Assembly: GCA_032128875.1 (NCBI GenBank) | Contig: JAVLKG010000007.1 | Location: forward strand, 32,001 to 96,000 | Origin: Candidatus Melainabacteria bacterium 17Bon1m | GTDB lineage: Bacteria; Cyanobacteriota; Vampirovibrionia; Obscuribacterales; Obscuribacteraceae | DNA length: 64,000 bases | Direction of reading: 5' to 3' | Shown: positions 1 to 10,464 of the stretch, piece by piece | Numbering within the stretch: the stretch's first letter is position 1 | Layout of the letters: every line of letters begins with the position of its first letter | Program-made: the position numbers and the translations under genes | The notes under the pieces: model-generated | Told to the model about the DNA's origin: nothing | The model's database searches: none | Seen by the model: the letters and a program-made list of their open reading frames with translations, nothing else

Positions 1-1
1 G

Positions 2-919
2 GAAGATCCCAAGCCGGCTAACCCCGTGCAGAAGGTCTGCGAGGACGGTCGCATCATCATCCAGGTCGGCAATGGTCAGCACTTTGGCCATCGCATCATG
101 GACCTGGTGGAAGTGACGGTTCTCATCGTCGCGGACGAAAACGTCAAGTTCGACTTCAGTTCGCTGGAGAAGGGCGTGATTGGCTTCGAAGGCCAGGACT
201 TCGATCTGGCGAAGCCGTACCCTCTGGGTGCGCTCGCTCCGGGTCAGGCTCCGGTCAAGATTCAGAGTGCGCCTTACAAGAAGGGTCAGACGATCTATCG
301 GATCGATCTCATCGTTCAGAGTTCGGTGCCGAAGAAGGCCATTCCGTTCCAGCTCGACCTGCGCTATGCAGTCGACACCGCAGCCGATGGCAAGTCGCCA
401 AACTGGAAGCGGCTGACTACCCCTGACTTCGTTATCACCACGTCGAATACCGCGGACAACGGCGACGAGCTGCTCGAGGGCGACCTCGAAGCCAAGCCGT
501 CGACGATGCCGTGGATGATGTGGCCGATGCTGGTCGGCGGTATCTTCCTCACCCTCCTCTGGCCGGGGTTGGTGATTGTGCGTCGCATCAACCGCGAGAA
601 GCCGATTCGCAAGAGCCCGCCCAACGAGGTGGCCTGGCGCGTTTACCTGCGAGTTCAGAAGCAGGTGGCCGAAACCGGTTGGCAGGAGAAGCACTACAAG
701 CTCCTGGCCGCTGCCATTCGGCAGTACTTCGGCGTCGATCCTGCCACCATCAACGAAGTTGGTGAGCGGCTCAAGGATCACCCGCAGTTGGAGACGATCA
801 TGTCGGCTCTGGCCAAGTGCGAAGCGGTGCTCTTCCAGCAGCGTGCACTGTCGGAACACGAGATCAACGAGCTGTGCGAACAGTTCGAAGACCTCATTCC
901 GCGCCCGATTCTCCTCTGA
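2..919 (+). CDS. BatD-like single-pass membrane protein, 5' truncated by the window edge; paralog of 8241..9428
   Basis: Frame is open from base 2. One TM segment (WMMWPMLVGGIFLTLLWPGLVIV) is followed by a helical C-terminal domain (AW...HYK..IR..T..E) shared with 8241..9428. Confidence 0.65.
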   Translation, partial: EDPKPANPVQKVCEDGRIIIQVGNGQHFGHRIMDLVEVTVLIVADENVKFDFSSLEKGVIGFEGQDFDLAKPYPLGALAPGQAPVKIQSAPYKKGQTIYRIDLIVQSSVPKKAIPFQLDLRYAVDTAADGKSPNWKRLTTPDFVITTSNTADNGDELLEGDLEAKPSTMPWMMWPMLVGGIFLTLLWPGLVIVRRINREKPIRKSPPNEVAWRVYLRVQKQVAETGWQEKHYKLLAAAIRQYFGVDPATINEVGERLKDHPQLETIMSALAKCEAVLFQQRALSEHEINELCEQFEDLIPRPILL

Positions 920-1213
920 GAATCGTAATCGAGGCTACTCGGCACCGCACAGTCACAGCAATGTGGCTGTGCGGCATGCCGTGTGAGCCACGTCTTCAAA
1001 GTACTGCAAAACACTCGCTTAGAACCTCCCTGCTGGCCGCCACCACATGCGGTGACTGGTCAGTAAGGCAGTTCTCCTTCGGCACTAGCTGATTGTGCGG
1101 GAAGTTCGTTGCGTGCTGAGACGAATGCAAATGAATGAAGACTGCCCGAGCGCATGGAATGCGCTCCATTGCAGGATCTCCTGCGGATGCATGGGCAGCA
1201 AGGAGTCCTACCC

Positions 1214-2728
<1,515 letters not shown>

Positions 2729-2876
2729 TTCCTCAAACGCAAAAGAAGCAGTGCTGTTGGTCTTGCACCACCGGCACTGTTTCGCGTTTATGCGCTTGCC
2801 GAAACAAGCGTACATCTGAATCGGCATTACGCGCCGTTCGCAAAGGCGCGTGCCTAACTCTAACTGGAGAACACAA

Positions 2877-4523
2877 ATGCGCAAGATTCTCACGAGTCTG
2901 CTTGTGCTGTGCTTCACGCTTGCCGGTCCCCTGGGCATCGCTCAGGCTGAGACCACGAGCAAGCCGGCCAAGCAGGTGAATCCGATCATCATCATCATGG
3001 GCGCCGATTCCGGGACGCAGGTTCCGGACCCGAATGCCCCTGTCCAGGCGGTTCCTGATGAGAAGGCCAAGCCGGTCAACCCGCTCGATAACGGCGGGCC
3101 GATGCCGGCGGACCTCCAGGAATTCTTCCAGCATCTGTTCGGTCAGATGCAGGCGCAGGTGGCACCACCCACGCCCAAGCAGCTGGAAGACGTCTATAAG
3201 AGCGTCTGGTATCGCATCAACGCCACGTACTACGACCACGACGCGCTGAAGAATTTCGGTCAGTGGAAGAACAAGTACGACGGCAAGCTGACCACGCCGG
3301 CCGAGCTCGAGACTGCCATCAAAGAGATGGCCGGATCGCTGAACGACCGCTGGACCAGCTACACCACTTCCGAAGAGATCAAGCAGTCGATGAGCCAGCA
3401 CAACGCTGGTCTCGAGCCGCTCGGCATGATGTTCAAGCAGCATCAGGACGGCTCCTACGTCATCGATTTCATGGTCTACGGAACGCCCGCGCAGAAGTCG
3501 GATCTTCGCAAAGGCGACACCGTCAAGTCCATCAACGGCAAGGACCTGACCGGACTGACTGCCACCGAGGTCGAGAAATTGACTCTGGTGAAAGCCGGTG
3601 ATGAAGCGACCATCGTCGCTGTCATCGACGGCAAGGACGTCACCGTCACGCTCAAGTCGGCTCCCGCCGACGCGCCGGATTTCGCGGCCAAGCTCCTGCC
3701 GGGCAACATCGCCTACGTGCGACTGCCGAGCTTCGAGAGCGAAGAGATGGTGGCTGGGCTGGTCGGCAATCTGCAGGAGCTCTACAAGGCTTCCGGCGGC
3801 AAGCTCAACGGCCTCGTCCTCGACCTGCGCGGAAACCCTGGCGGCGTCTTCGATTACGCGCGTCAGGTTGCTTCGCTCTTCCTCTCGCAGGGCGTCATCG
3901 TGACCAGCACCACCCGTCAGGGACTGGAGCTTCACGAAGAGCGCTTCAGCGTCGTGAAGGCATGGCCGCATGACTTCGGTGATGCGCCGCCTGAGGCCAT
4001 CGCATTTCTCCACACCCTGGAGACTGTGCCGATGACCGTCCTCACGGACGGCAGCTCTGCCAGCTGCTCTGAAATCTTGACCGGTGCCCTCAAGGACAAC
4101 GGTCGCGCAGTCATCGTCGGTCAGACCACTTACGGCAAGGGCGTCGGATACCAGTCCGGTCGTCACCGTGCCGGTGGCTGGCTGTCCGTGACGTCTTTGA
4201 GCTATCTGACTCCGTCGGGCTACAACCTGGCCAACAAGGGTATCGACCCCGATATCCCGGTTGCTCAGCCGCGTGGCGCTGCTCTGGACGTTCAGCTTGA
4301 CGCTGCCGTGAAGGCGGTGAAGTCGCAGCAGATGACGCCTGCTAAGCCCCAGGGCCAGCAGAGCTCGCCGCTCGCCTTCATCGATCCGAATGGCGTTGTC
4401 GTCAAGGCGGCAATGATTGCTGTCTTCTTCCTGGCCATCGTGCTCTTTGGTGTGCACCTGCACATGCGGGCGCAGGCTGAGGAGAAGAAGAAGAATCCGC
4501 CGCAGAAGAAGGACGGCAAGTAA
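2877..4523 (+). CDS. S41 carboxy-terminal processing protease with signal peptide and C-terminal TM anchor
   Basis: Signal peptide ending AQA, PDZ, DLRGNPGG, SASCSE and YGKG. C-terminal hydrophobic helix plus a Lys-rich tail. GGAG precedes ATG 2877. Confidence 0.95.
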   Translation: MRKILTSLLVLCFTLAGPLGIAQAETTSKPAKQVNPIIIIMGADSGTQVPDPNAPVQAVPDEKAKPVNPLDNGGPMPADLQEFFQHLFGQMQAQVAPPTPKQLEDVYKSVWYRINATYYDHDALKNFGQWKNKYDGKLTTPAELETAIKEMAGSLNDRWTSYTTSEEIKQSMSQHNAGLEPLGMMFKQHQDGSYVIDFMVYGTPAQKSDLRKGDTVKSINGKDLTGLTATEVEKLTLVKAGDEATIVAVIDGKDVTVTLKSAPADAPDFAAKLLPGNIAYVRLPSFESEEMVAGLVGNLQELYKASGGKLNGLVLDLRGNPGGVFDYARQVASLFLSQGVIVTSTTRQGLELHEERFSVVKAWPHDFGDAPPEAIAFLHTLETVPMTVLTDGSSASCSEILTGALKDNGRAVIVGQTTYGKGVGYQSGRHRAGGWLSVTSLSYLTPSGYNLANKGIDPDIPVAQPRGAALDVQLDAAVKAVKSQQMTPAKPQGQQSSPLAFIDPNGVVVKAAMIAVFFLAIVLFGVHLHMRAQAEEKKKNPPQKKDGK

Positions 4524-4533
4524 AACTCAAAGA

Positions 4534-4570
4534 CAGGAGCGCTCTCTTTCGAGGAGCGCTCCTGCTCTTC
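4534..4570 (+). terminator. Hairpin after the second S41 protease (possible intrinsic terminator)
   Basis: CAGGAGCGCTC (4534-4544) pairs with GAGCGCTCCTG (4554-4564); U-tract is weak. Confidence 0.5.
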
Positions 4571-4639
4571 GAGTATCTCTGAGAACCGCTGCGTATGCGG
4601 TTCGAGCTCGGCCAACCGAACAAAACGGAGGGCATAGAA

Positions 4640-4836
4640 ATGGTCAACACGAAAGGAGATCCCATGAAGCTAACTAGGTAGAGGCGCCGGCGCGCGCTAA
4701 TGTTTTTTGCACAGGACATGCGGCATCTAGCAAATGCTTCGGTCTGTGAAACACGCTCGTCTGCGTGTTTCTAATTCTGTGTGCGAACAGTCACCCTTCA
4801 ACAACTGCGCCGGTGCCTCCTACCAAAGGAGGCATC
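4640..4836 (+). promoter_or_regulatory. Leader with short uORF (MVNTKGDPMKLTR) and mutually exclusive SD-sequestering / anti-sequester helices
   Basis: uORF at 4640-4681. Helix 4812-4821/4827-4836 covers AGGAGG; the alternative helix is 4677-4693/4807-4824. Confidence 0.55.
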
Positions 4837-5139
4837 ATGGGCAAATCCCACCGTCACAGCTACAAGAGCTACGATCGCGACGACCACGAAAACCGTGGCA
4901 CCATCTTCGTCAACCTCTCTGAGGTCTACATCACCGACTCCACCGTGCAGAAGCTCCTCGATCGCGATGGCGGTCAGATCGAGCAGATGCGCCGTGACTT
5001 CGAGGATGGGCGTGAGATGTTCCGCTGCGTTCTGCGTCCCCGCGTTGGCGGCGGCTACAACATCGAAGACGGCCGTCACCGCATCATCGCCGCGAAGCTC
5101 GCTGGCGTGTGCTTCATCGAAGCGCTCGTCATCGGCTAA
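4837..5139 (+). CDS. Stand-alone ParB/Sulfiredoxin-like N-terminal domain protein
   Basis: YNIEDGRHRIIAAK matches the ParB/Srx DGxHR..AA motif. 100 aa, no HTH, strong AGGAGG RBS. Confidence 0.75.
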   Translation: MGKSHRHSYKSYDRDDHENRGTIFVNLSEVYITDSTVQKLLDRDGGQIEQMRRDFEDGREMFRCVLRPRVGGGYNIEDGRHRIIAAKLAGVCFIEALVIG

Positions 5140-5149
5140 CCAGAAAGAG

Positions 5150-5198
5150 AAAGCCGCAGGGACAACTCAGCATCACCGCTGAATCCCTGCGGCTTTTT
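5150..5198 (+). terminator. Intrinsic terminator
   Basis: AAAGCCGCAGGGA (5150-5162) pairs with TCCCTGCGGCTTT (5184-5196), followed by T residues. Confidence 0.7.
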
Positions 5199-5293
5199 CA
5201 CCTTTTTGCTGCGGTTTTTGCCGAGCAAAAAACAGTCTTCATAAATCTCATCGCGTTTCCAAAAACAGAAACGCTACAAACAGGAGTTTCCCT

Positions 5294-5611
5294 ATGAATC
5301 GCGGAACACTGCTGACAGTCATCGGCACCATCCTCAGCGTTGGTGCGCTTGCCGCCTGGGCGTTCGTCGCTCCGGCTGCCGGTTCGGGCTGGATTCTCTT
5401 CGTCGCCTTCATCGGCGCGATGAACCTGCTCAACTCCATCAACAACAGCACGCTCGCCACCATCTCCGGTGTCGTGATCGCAGCTGCATCGGGCTTCATC
5501 TGGTTTACGCACCAGACGCTGCCGGACGTCGGTTGGGTCGGCTTTCTGGCCATCCTTACGGCGCTCGGTGCGCTCAATGCGCTGAACTCGGGCGTCAGTC
5601 GCAACACGTAA
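5294..5611 (+). CDS. Small 4-TM membrane protein with internal two-fold repeat
   Basis: AGGAG RBS; hydrophobic; both halves end GW....F...GAxNxLNS. Confidence 0.75.
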   Translation: MNRGTLLTVIGTILSVGALAAWAFVAPAAGSGWILFVAFIGAMNLLNSINNSTLATISGVVIAAASGFIWFTHQTLPDVGWVGFLAILTALGALNALNSGVSRNT

Positions 5612-5648
5612 CTAGCGTTACAAGTTGCGCTCACCCAGGGAGATAACA

Positions 5649-5954
5649 ATGGACCTTTTCCTCTACATCTTTCTGATCGCCTTTGCGGGCGGTGTTGGGT
5701 TCTTTCTCGGCAGCGGCAATCGCCGTGGACTTCAGGGTTCTCTTCTGCCTGGGCTGATTCCCGGCGTGATCATCAGCTTTCACTTCTGGACGGACGCAAT
5801 GTACCTTCCGGCAGCGCTGATGATCGTTTCGGCAGTAGTCGGCTCGATTGTCTCCAGCCTGACACCCGACTCGAACCGCCTCAAGCGGCTCAGTCGCGAG
5901 CAGTCCGGCTTGAACATCAAGGTCGGATCGTATCGACTGGGCAGGAAAGCCTGA
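5649..5954 (+). CDS. Small membrane protein (about 3 TM), hypothetical
   Basis: GGGAG RBS, ATG 5649, hydrophobic segments. Confidence 0.65.
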   Translation: MDLFLYIFLIAFAGGVGFFLGSGNRRGLQGSLLPGLIPGVIISFHFWTDAMYLPAALMIVSAVVGSIVSSLTPDSNRLKRLSREQSGLNIKVGSYRLGRKA

Positions 5955-6063
5955 GCGTCTGAAACCGGCGAGGTGGCTGGGATTGTTGCGCTTAAGCGTG
6001 CACACAATCTCAGTCACTTCGTTTTTGGAAATTTTATACTATCTTTTATAGTTTCTCAAATCG

Positions 6064-6105
6064 AAAAAGTGAACGGCTCAGGGCGTCGCGCCAAGAACCG
6101 TTCAC
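6064..6105 (-). terminator. Probable terminator of the minus-strand MoxR/Bat-rhomboid operon
   Basis: GTGAACGG (6069-6076) pairs with CCGTTCAC (6098-6105); the A-run at 6064-6068 reads as a U-tract on the minus strand. Confidence 0.5.
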
Positions 6106-6235
6106 CTTCGCAATCGATGGAAGGCCCGCACGCATCCACCCATTGGTGAAAGTCGCGCGCGAGCCTTCGCAGGTTCTCTCAGATAATGCGGCCATTTTGT
6201 CGGGTCAGGTAGCCGCAACCGTTGTCGGCTCCCCA

Positions 6236-7651
6236 TCACACGCTCGTGACGGAAAGCCGGTTTCTCAGGCGGTCATAGCCGACGAACAACCGCTTGCCCA
6301 GAACATCGAGCCTGAGCAGACGAGCCAACTTCAGCATCAGCACCAGGTAGCCGACGACCAGGAACCAGACGAACTTCACCAGTCCGCCCAGCACCGTCTG
6401 CACACGCGCGGGCGTATATTGCCGGTAGCCGGAAGCCACCGCCGCACCGCCCACACCGAGCCAGCCCCAGATGTAGCGGCCGCCCACGACAGCGAGGTCG
6501 CGCGCAGCCACGAACTTGGATGCGACCAATCGGAAGAAGCCAACCAGAAGGTCAGCAACAACTTCCGACAACAGCCGGTCTTCGCTCTTCGGCTGAGGCA
6601 CCGTCACCGACAACTTCTTCACCACCGGCAGTCGCCTTGCGGCAATAGCGATGACGACCGACGCCAGCATGACGAGCATGCACACGCCGTAGAAGTTGAG
6701 GCTCTGGATGAAACCGTTGTTGCGCTGCAAGGCCGCTACGAAAAGCTGCCCGGCAGTCAGCGACATTGCCGCCACGATGGTGGTGACAATCGGCGTCCAG
6801 AGACGTTTCCACCAGCTACTCACCGACGACTGGAAGAAGAACATCCAGATGGCGCAGACGACAGCCAGCGAACAGCTGAAGCGCACCGGATAGCTGCCGA
6901 TGCCGGAAGCCATGGTGACAAACGCCATTGCGCAGAACGCCAGAGCGTAGAACGCACCATCACGCCAACGCAGCCGCCCGACATCGCCGAGCAGCATCAG
7001 TGCCGCCACGGCAAGACCGAAGGCCATGCCGCCGATGTGAGCGGAGAACGCCACACCTGCAGCTTCCTCGGCACCACCGAGCTGCGCCCAGAGCGACATC
7101 CACTGCATGACCATGTACTCACCCAGGAAGAACACGCTCAGGGTGGTGATCAGGTTGAAGGTCGGCGTCATCCCGTCCACGCGAGCGCGCGGATAGTACA
7201 GGACATAGGCGCCGAGCACTCCACCGATGGCACCGGAAGCTCCCAGAATGTGCCCGGTTCCCGACGTGTCGGTAGCCAGGAAGGTGAGCGTCGCCGCAAT
7301 ACCCGAGAGCAGGTAGAAGGCGGCGAACCGGCCGTGACCCATCCTCGCTTCGAGCGCGGGCGCGAAGCAGAAGAAGAACCACATGTTGCCGAAGATGTGC
7401 GAGAAGCTGCCGTGCAAGAACATCGCCAGGAAAACGGCGATGATGCTCCTGCCGATCAGCCACGGATCGCCTGTGGCGATGCCGGTCGTGAGCACGTCAC
7501 GAACGGGCAGCCAGCTGGTGATGGTGGTGTTCATCACGCCGCTGGTGTCGAGAGTGATCTGCCCGATGTACATCAGCACATTGAGCGCGAAGATCGTCAC
7601 CGACACCCAGGCGAACTTGGTATAGCGCAGATTGTCCTTGAGAGGAATCAT
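6236..7651 (-). CDS. Rhomboid intramembrane serine protease with long C-terminal multi-TM extension
   Basis: MIPLKD start, MFLHGSFSHIFGNMWF, catalytic GASG and AHIGG. Confidence 0.92.
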   Translation of the reverse strand: MIPLKDNLRYTKFAWVSVTIFALNVLMYIGQITLDTSGVMNTTITSWLPVRDVLTTGIATGDPWLIGRSIIAVFLAMFLHGSFSHIFGNMWFFFCFAPALEARMGHGRFAAFYLLSGIAATLTFLATDTSGTGHILGASGAIGGVLGAYVLYYPRARVDGMTPTFNLITTLSVFFLGEYMVMQWMSLWAQLGGAEEAAGVAFSAHIGGMAFGLAVAALMLLGDVGRLRWRDGAFYALAFCAMAFVTMASGIGSYPVRFSCSLAVVCAIWMFFFQSSVSSWWKRLWTPIVTTIVAAMSLTAGQLFVAALQRNNGFIQSLNFYGVCMLVMLASVVIAIAARRLPVVKKLSVTVPQPKSEDRLLSEVVADLLVGFFRLVASKFVAARDLAVVGGRYIWGWLGVGGAAVASGYRQYTPARVQTVLGGLVKFVWFLVVGYLVLMLKLARLLRLDVLGKRLFVGYDRLRNRLSVTSV

Positions 7652-8142
7652 GGCCGCACCTCCTTGCCGTCGGAATCGGCAACGATGCCGAACTCAATTT
7701 CTGCAGCCGAGGGGTGACGATTTTGCTCCGCTTCCAGCAGATTGCGCTGCTGGCGACGGAAGTGATACAGCACGAAGAACGCCAGGAAGATGAGCAGTGC
7801 CGCCGCGCGGAAAGGCGTCCACAACTGCGGCAGGACGGACACGAAAGTGCCGATCCCGGGCAGCTTCTTCAGCCACTCCAACGTCTCCTTGAGGTATTTC
7901 TGCACGGTGGCAGTTTCCTCGTCGATGTCGGCAGTCCGCTCGGCCTTGGGCCGCTTCTTCGCCTGCTGAGCCAGATAGACGTCGGGCTGACTGTCCGACG
8001 CCACCAGATGCGGTGACAGCTCGGTCGCCGAGAGCGCCGGTTGTGCCATCGCGGGAGATGCGATGCCGACCAGCGCAACAGCCGACGCGACCGCCAGTGA
8101 GAGCAAGACCGCTCTCACGCGCAAGACGATTCTGTTGATCAT
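7648..8142 (-). CDS. Hypothetical exported single-pass membrane protein
   Basis: Signal peptide (ASPAMA) and a TM followed by HFRRQQR. Its stop overlaps the rhomboid start (ATGA). Confidence 0.7.
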   Translation of the reverse strand: MINRIVLRVRAVLLSLAVASAVALVGIASPAMAQPALSATELSPHLVASDSQPDVYLAQQAKKRPKAERTADIDEETATVQKYLKETLEWLKKLPGIGTFVSVLPQLWTPFRAAALLIFLAFFVLYHFRRQQRNLLEAEQNRHPSAAEIEFGIVADSDGKEVRP

Positions 8143-8240
8143 TGGAAGCTCCTAACTATGTTCTGAACGGCTACACGCCGCCCGTTTCTGCAACCGGCAC
8201 AATTGCCGATCGCCAGTTGGGACGGCAGGGCTGCCGTCCG

Positions 8241-9428
8241 TTACATCGAATAGGGCCGCTTGATCAGCTCGTCCACCTCCTTGAGGAGCTGGGCTTGCTC
8301 GGCGGCCGACAGAGGACGATCGGTGATCAGCACGCGGTCCAACTTGCGGAACACGCTCTTCACCAGGTTCGCCTGCGGATCATCGGGCAGAGCCTCGATT
8401 TCCGTAAGCGTCATGCCCTCCAGCCCCGGGTAGACCGGCGCCAGGAACGTACGCACGACACTGCTCATCCGCTTGTAGTGCGTCTTGCCGAAGCCGATTT
8501 CCTTGCCGGACTTGACGGCGGAGTGCATGGCCAGCCAGGCTGCCGCTTCACGCGAGATGTTCTTGCGCGCGCGGACCCGGTTGACGTAGCGCACCGTAGC
8601 CATGACAGGCCAGCTGGCGAACAGCAGGAAGCAGAGGATGCCGAGCAGCGGAACCGGCCATGCCGAACGCGGCTTGACCATCTCGGTGTTGCCCATCACC
8701 ATCGGACGCTTCATGTTCTCGTAGCCGCCGTCGATGTTGTTCAGAAGAACGAACTCGGGCGTCACGAAAACCTGATGGCGCGGCGTACCGTCCGGGTTGT
8801 TGTCAACCGAGTACGGCAACTGCATGGTGAAGCGCAGGTGCGGCTTGATGGTGAACTGACGCACCAGGATAGTGACATCATGGGTGGTGACACCGTCCTT
8901 CGTGGTCGTCGTGATGACCGGCTTGCCGGCCAGCTCGAACGACTGCTTGAACGATTCCTCCAGAGCGATCTTGCCCTGACGGAGCGGGTCGAGATTGACC
9001 GTTGAGCCGGACGCCACGATGAACTTGATGTTCAGCGGAATGGCGTCGCCGATCTGCCAGCCGAAGACGCGGGCGGAGATGACCACCTTGATCTTGCCGC
9101 CGCCGCAGTCCGCCTTCATTTCCGGCAACACCACCAGCGGTGGCACGACCGGAACTTCGGGAACGGCTTCCTGATTGGGCTCGGCTTGCGCCTGCCCGTC
9201 GGCAGCCGGCGTCTTGGGAGGCGCCTTGGCCGGATCGGCAGCACCAGCCTGCGCGGGCTTCTTCTCTTCCTGCACGACGCAGAAAGGCGGCGTCACGGTC
9301 GGTGTCGTGTTGACCACGCCGGTGTCCTCACCCGCCTGCGCGTACACCGCAGTCGTGATGGGCATTGCCAGAGTTGCGGTCAGCATCGCGGCCGCCGCGA
9401 AAGTGAGTCTACGATTCAGACGATTCAT
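8241..9428 (-). CDS. BatD-like exported protein with one TM and C-terminal helical domain
   Basis: GGAGA RBS, signal peptide ending AVYA, TM (WPVPLLGILCFLLFASW). Lies directly after DUF58, overlapping its 3' end. Confidence 0.7.
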   Translation of the reverse strand: MNRLNRRLTFAAAAMLTATLAMPITTAVYAQAGEDTGVVNTTPTVTPPFCVVQEEKKPAQAGAADPAKAPPKTPAADGQAQAEPNQEAVPEVPVVPPLVVLPEMKADCGGGKIKVVISARVFGWQIGDAIPLNIKFIVASGSTVNLDPLRQGKIALEESFKQSFELAGKPVITTTTKDGVTTHDVTILVRQFTIKPHLRFTMQLPYSVDNNPDGTPRHQVFVTPEFVLLNNIDGGYENMKRPMVMGNTEMVKPRSAWPVPLLGILCFLLFASWPVMATVRYVNRVRARKNISREAAAWLAMHSAVKSGKEIGFGKTHYKRMSSVVRTFLAPVYPGLEGMTLTEIEALPDDPQANLVKSVFRKLDRVLITDRPLSAAEQAQLLKEVDELIKRPYSM

Positions 9429-10356
9429 GTTCATTCTCCATTGGCCGGTGACCGGAGTAGATAGGCAGAATGGTCTCATTGAGACCGTCGACATCCTGGT
9501 CGGTCCAGAACTCCTGCATGGAGCATCCGAAGTCGACCAGAGTTTTGCGCAGCTCCTGACGCTGAGCGTCGAAGCTTTCACGCCATTGACGGCGGGTCTT
9601 GTCACTGAGGTGAATGCCGGACACACCACCCGTGCCGAGATCCTCGAGATCACGGAAGCCGGAGCCTTCGGGCAATTCGCGCTCACGGCGATCGCCGACG
9701 ACGAGGGCTATCACGTCGTGCATCTCCGCTGCAGCCTCGAGCGCATCCTTGTCGGCGGCGCTGTAGTTCTGCCAGTCGGAGATGATGAAGACGAGGCAGC
9801 GCCGGTCCGTGGGCAGCCGCTCGAGCGACTGAACCAGACCCGACTGCTCCTCGGCATCGAAGCCGTCTTCTTCGGAATCCTCGTCGAGGTATCCGAAAAG
9901 TCCTTGCTGAAGCAGACGTCCCGCCGGACGATGCGAGCGGAACTGATGAATTTTGTTGCCCTGCCAAATCGAGTAGCCGAGCAAGTCGTTGGTGCAGGAC
10001 GTGTTCTGCAACACGGAGCCCATCAGCCACGCGCACAACTCCTTCTTGGTGTGGCGAACGACACCGAAGTCGACCGACTTCGAGTTTTCCACCAGCACGT
10101 AGACGGTGAGGTCGCGGGGCTGTTCGAAGACCAGCGTGTACTTCGTACGCCAGCCGGTTTTCGCAGTGGGGCGGGGCGCCAGCCTGTCGCCGGGTTCCCA
10201 CTCCTTGATGCCTGCCAGGTCAAAGCCGGAATCGCCCAAAGTCTCGCTGTCACGCTCGCTGCCCGAGTAATCGGGAGCGTTCGTACGCCACGGGACTTCG
10301 ATGCCGACCGACATGACCCCGGACAAGATGTCCTGGATTAAGTCTTCGACAGTCAT
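9409..10356 (-). CDS. DUF58 / VWA-like protein of MoxR operons
   Basis: GFDLAGIKEWEPGD, VLVENSKSVDFG, FIISDW, RERELP; adjacent to MoxR. AGGTGG RBS. Confidence 0.88.
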   Translation of the reverse strand: MTVEDLIQDILSGVMSVGIEVPWRTNAPDYSGSERDSETLGDSGFDLAGIKEWEPGDRLAPRPTAKTGWRTKYTLVFEQPRDLTVYVLVENSKSVDFGVVRHTKKELCAWLMGSVLQNTSCTNDLLGYSIWQGNKIHQFRSHRPAGRLLQQGLFGYLDEDSEEDGFDAEEQSGLVQSLERLPTDRRCLVFIISDWQNYSAADKDALEAAAEMHDVIALVVGDRRERELPEGSGFRDLEDLGTGGVSGIHLSDKTRRQWRESFDAQRQELRKTLVDFGCSMQEFWTDQDVDGLNETILPIYSGHRPMENEHESSES

Positions 10357-10464
10357 GATTCTATCCACCTTTGTTTGAGTGAAATTGCCTGTGCCCGCAT
10401 GTCTTGAGCACCGGATTGACCGGGCTCGGTGAAACACGCGGGCAGCACGCTTCATAGACGACCA

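Noticed and set aside
9429-9686. N-terminal extension of the 481-aa ORF
   Set aside because: Overlaps DUF58; the RBS and signal peptide place the start at 9428 (or 9434).
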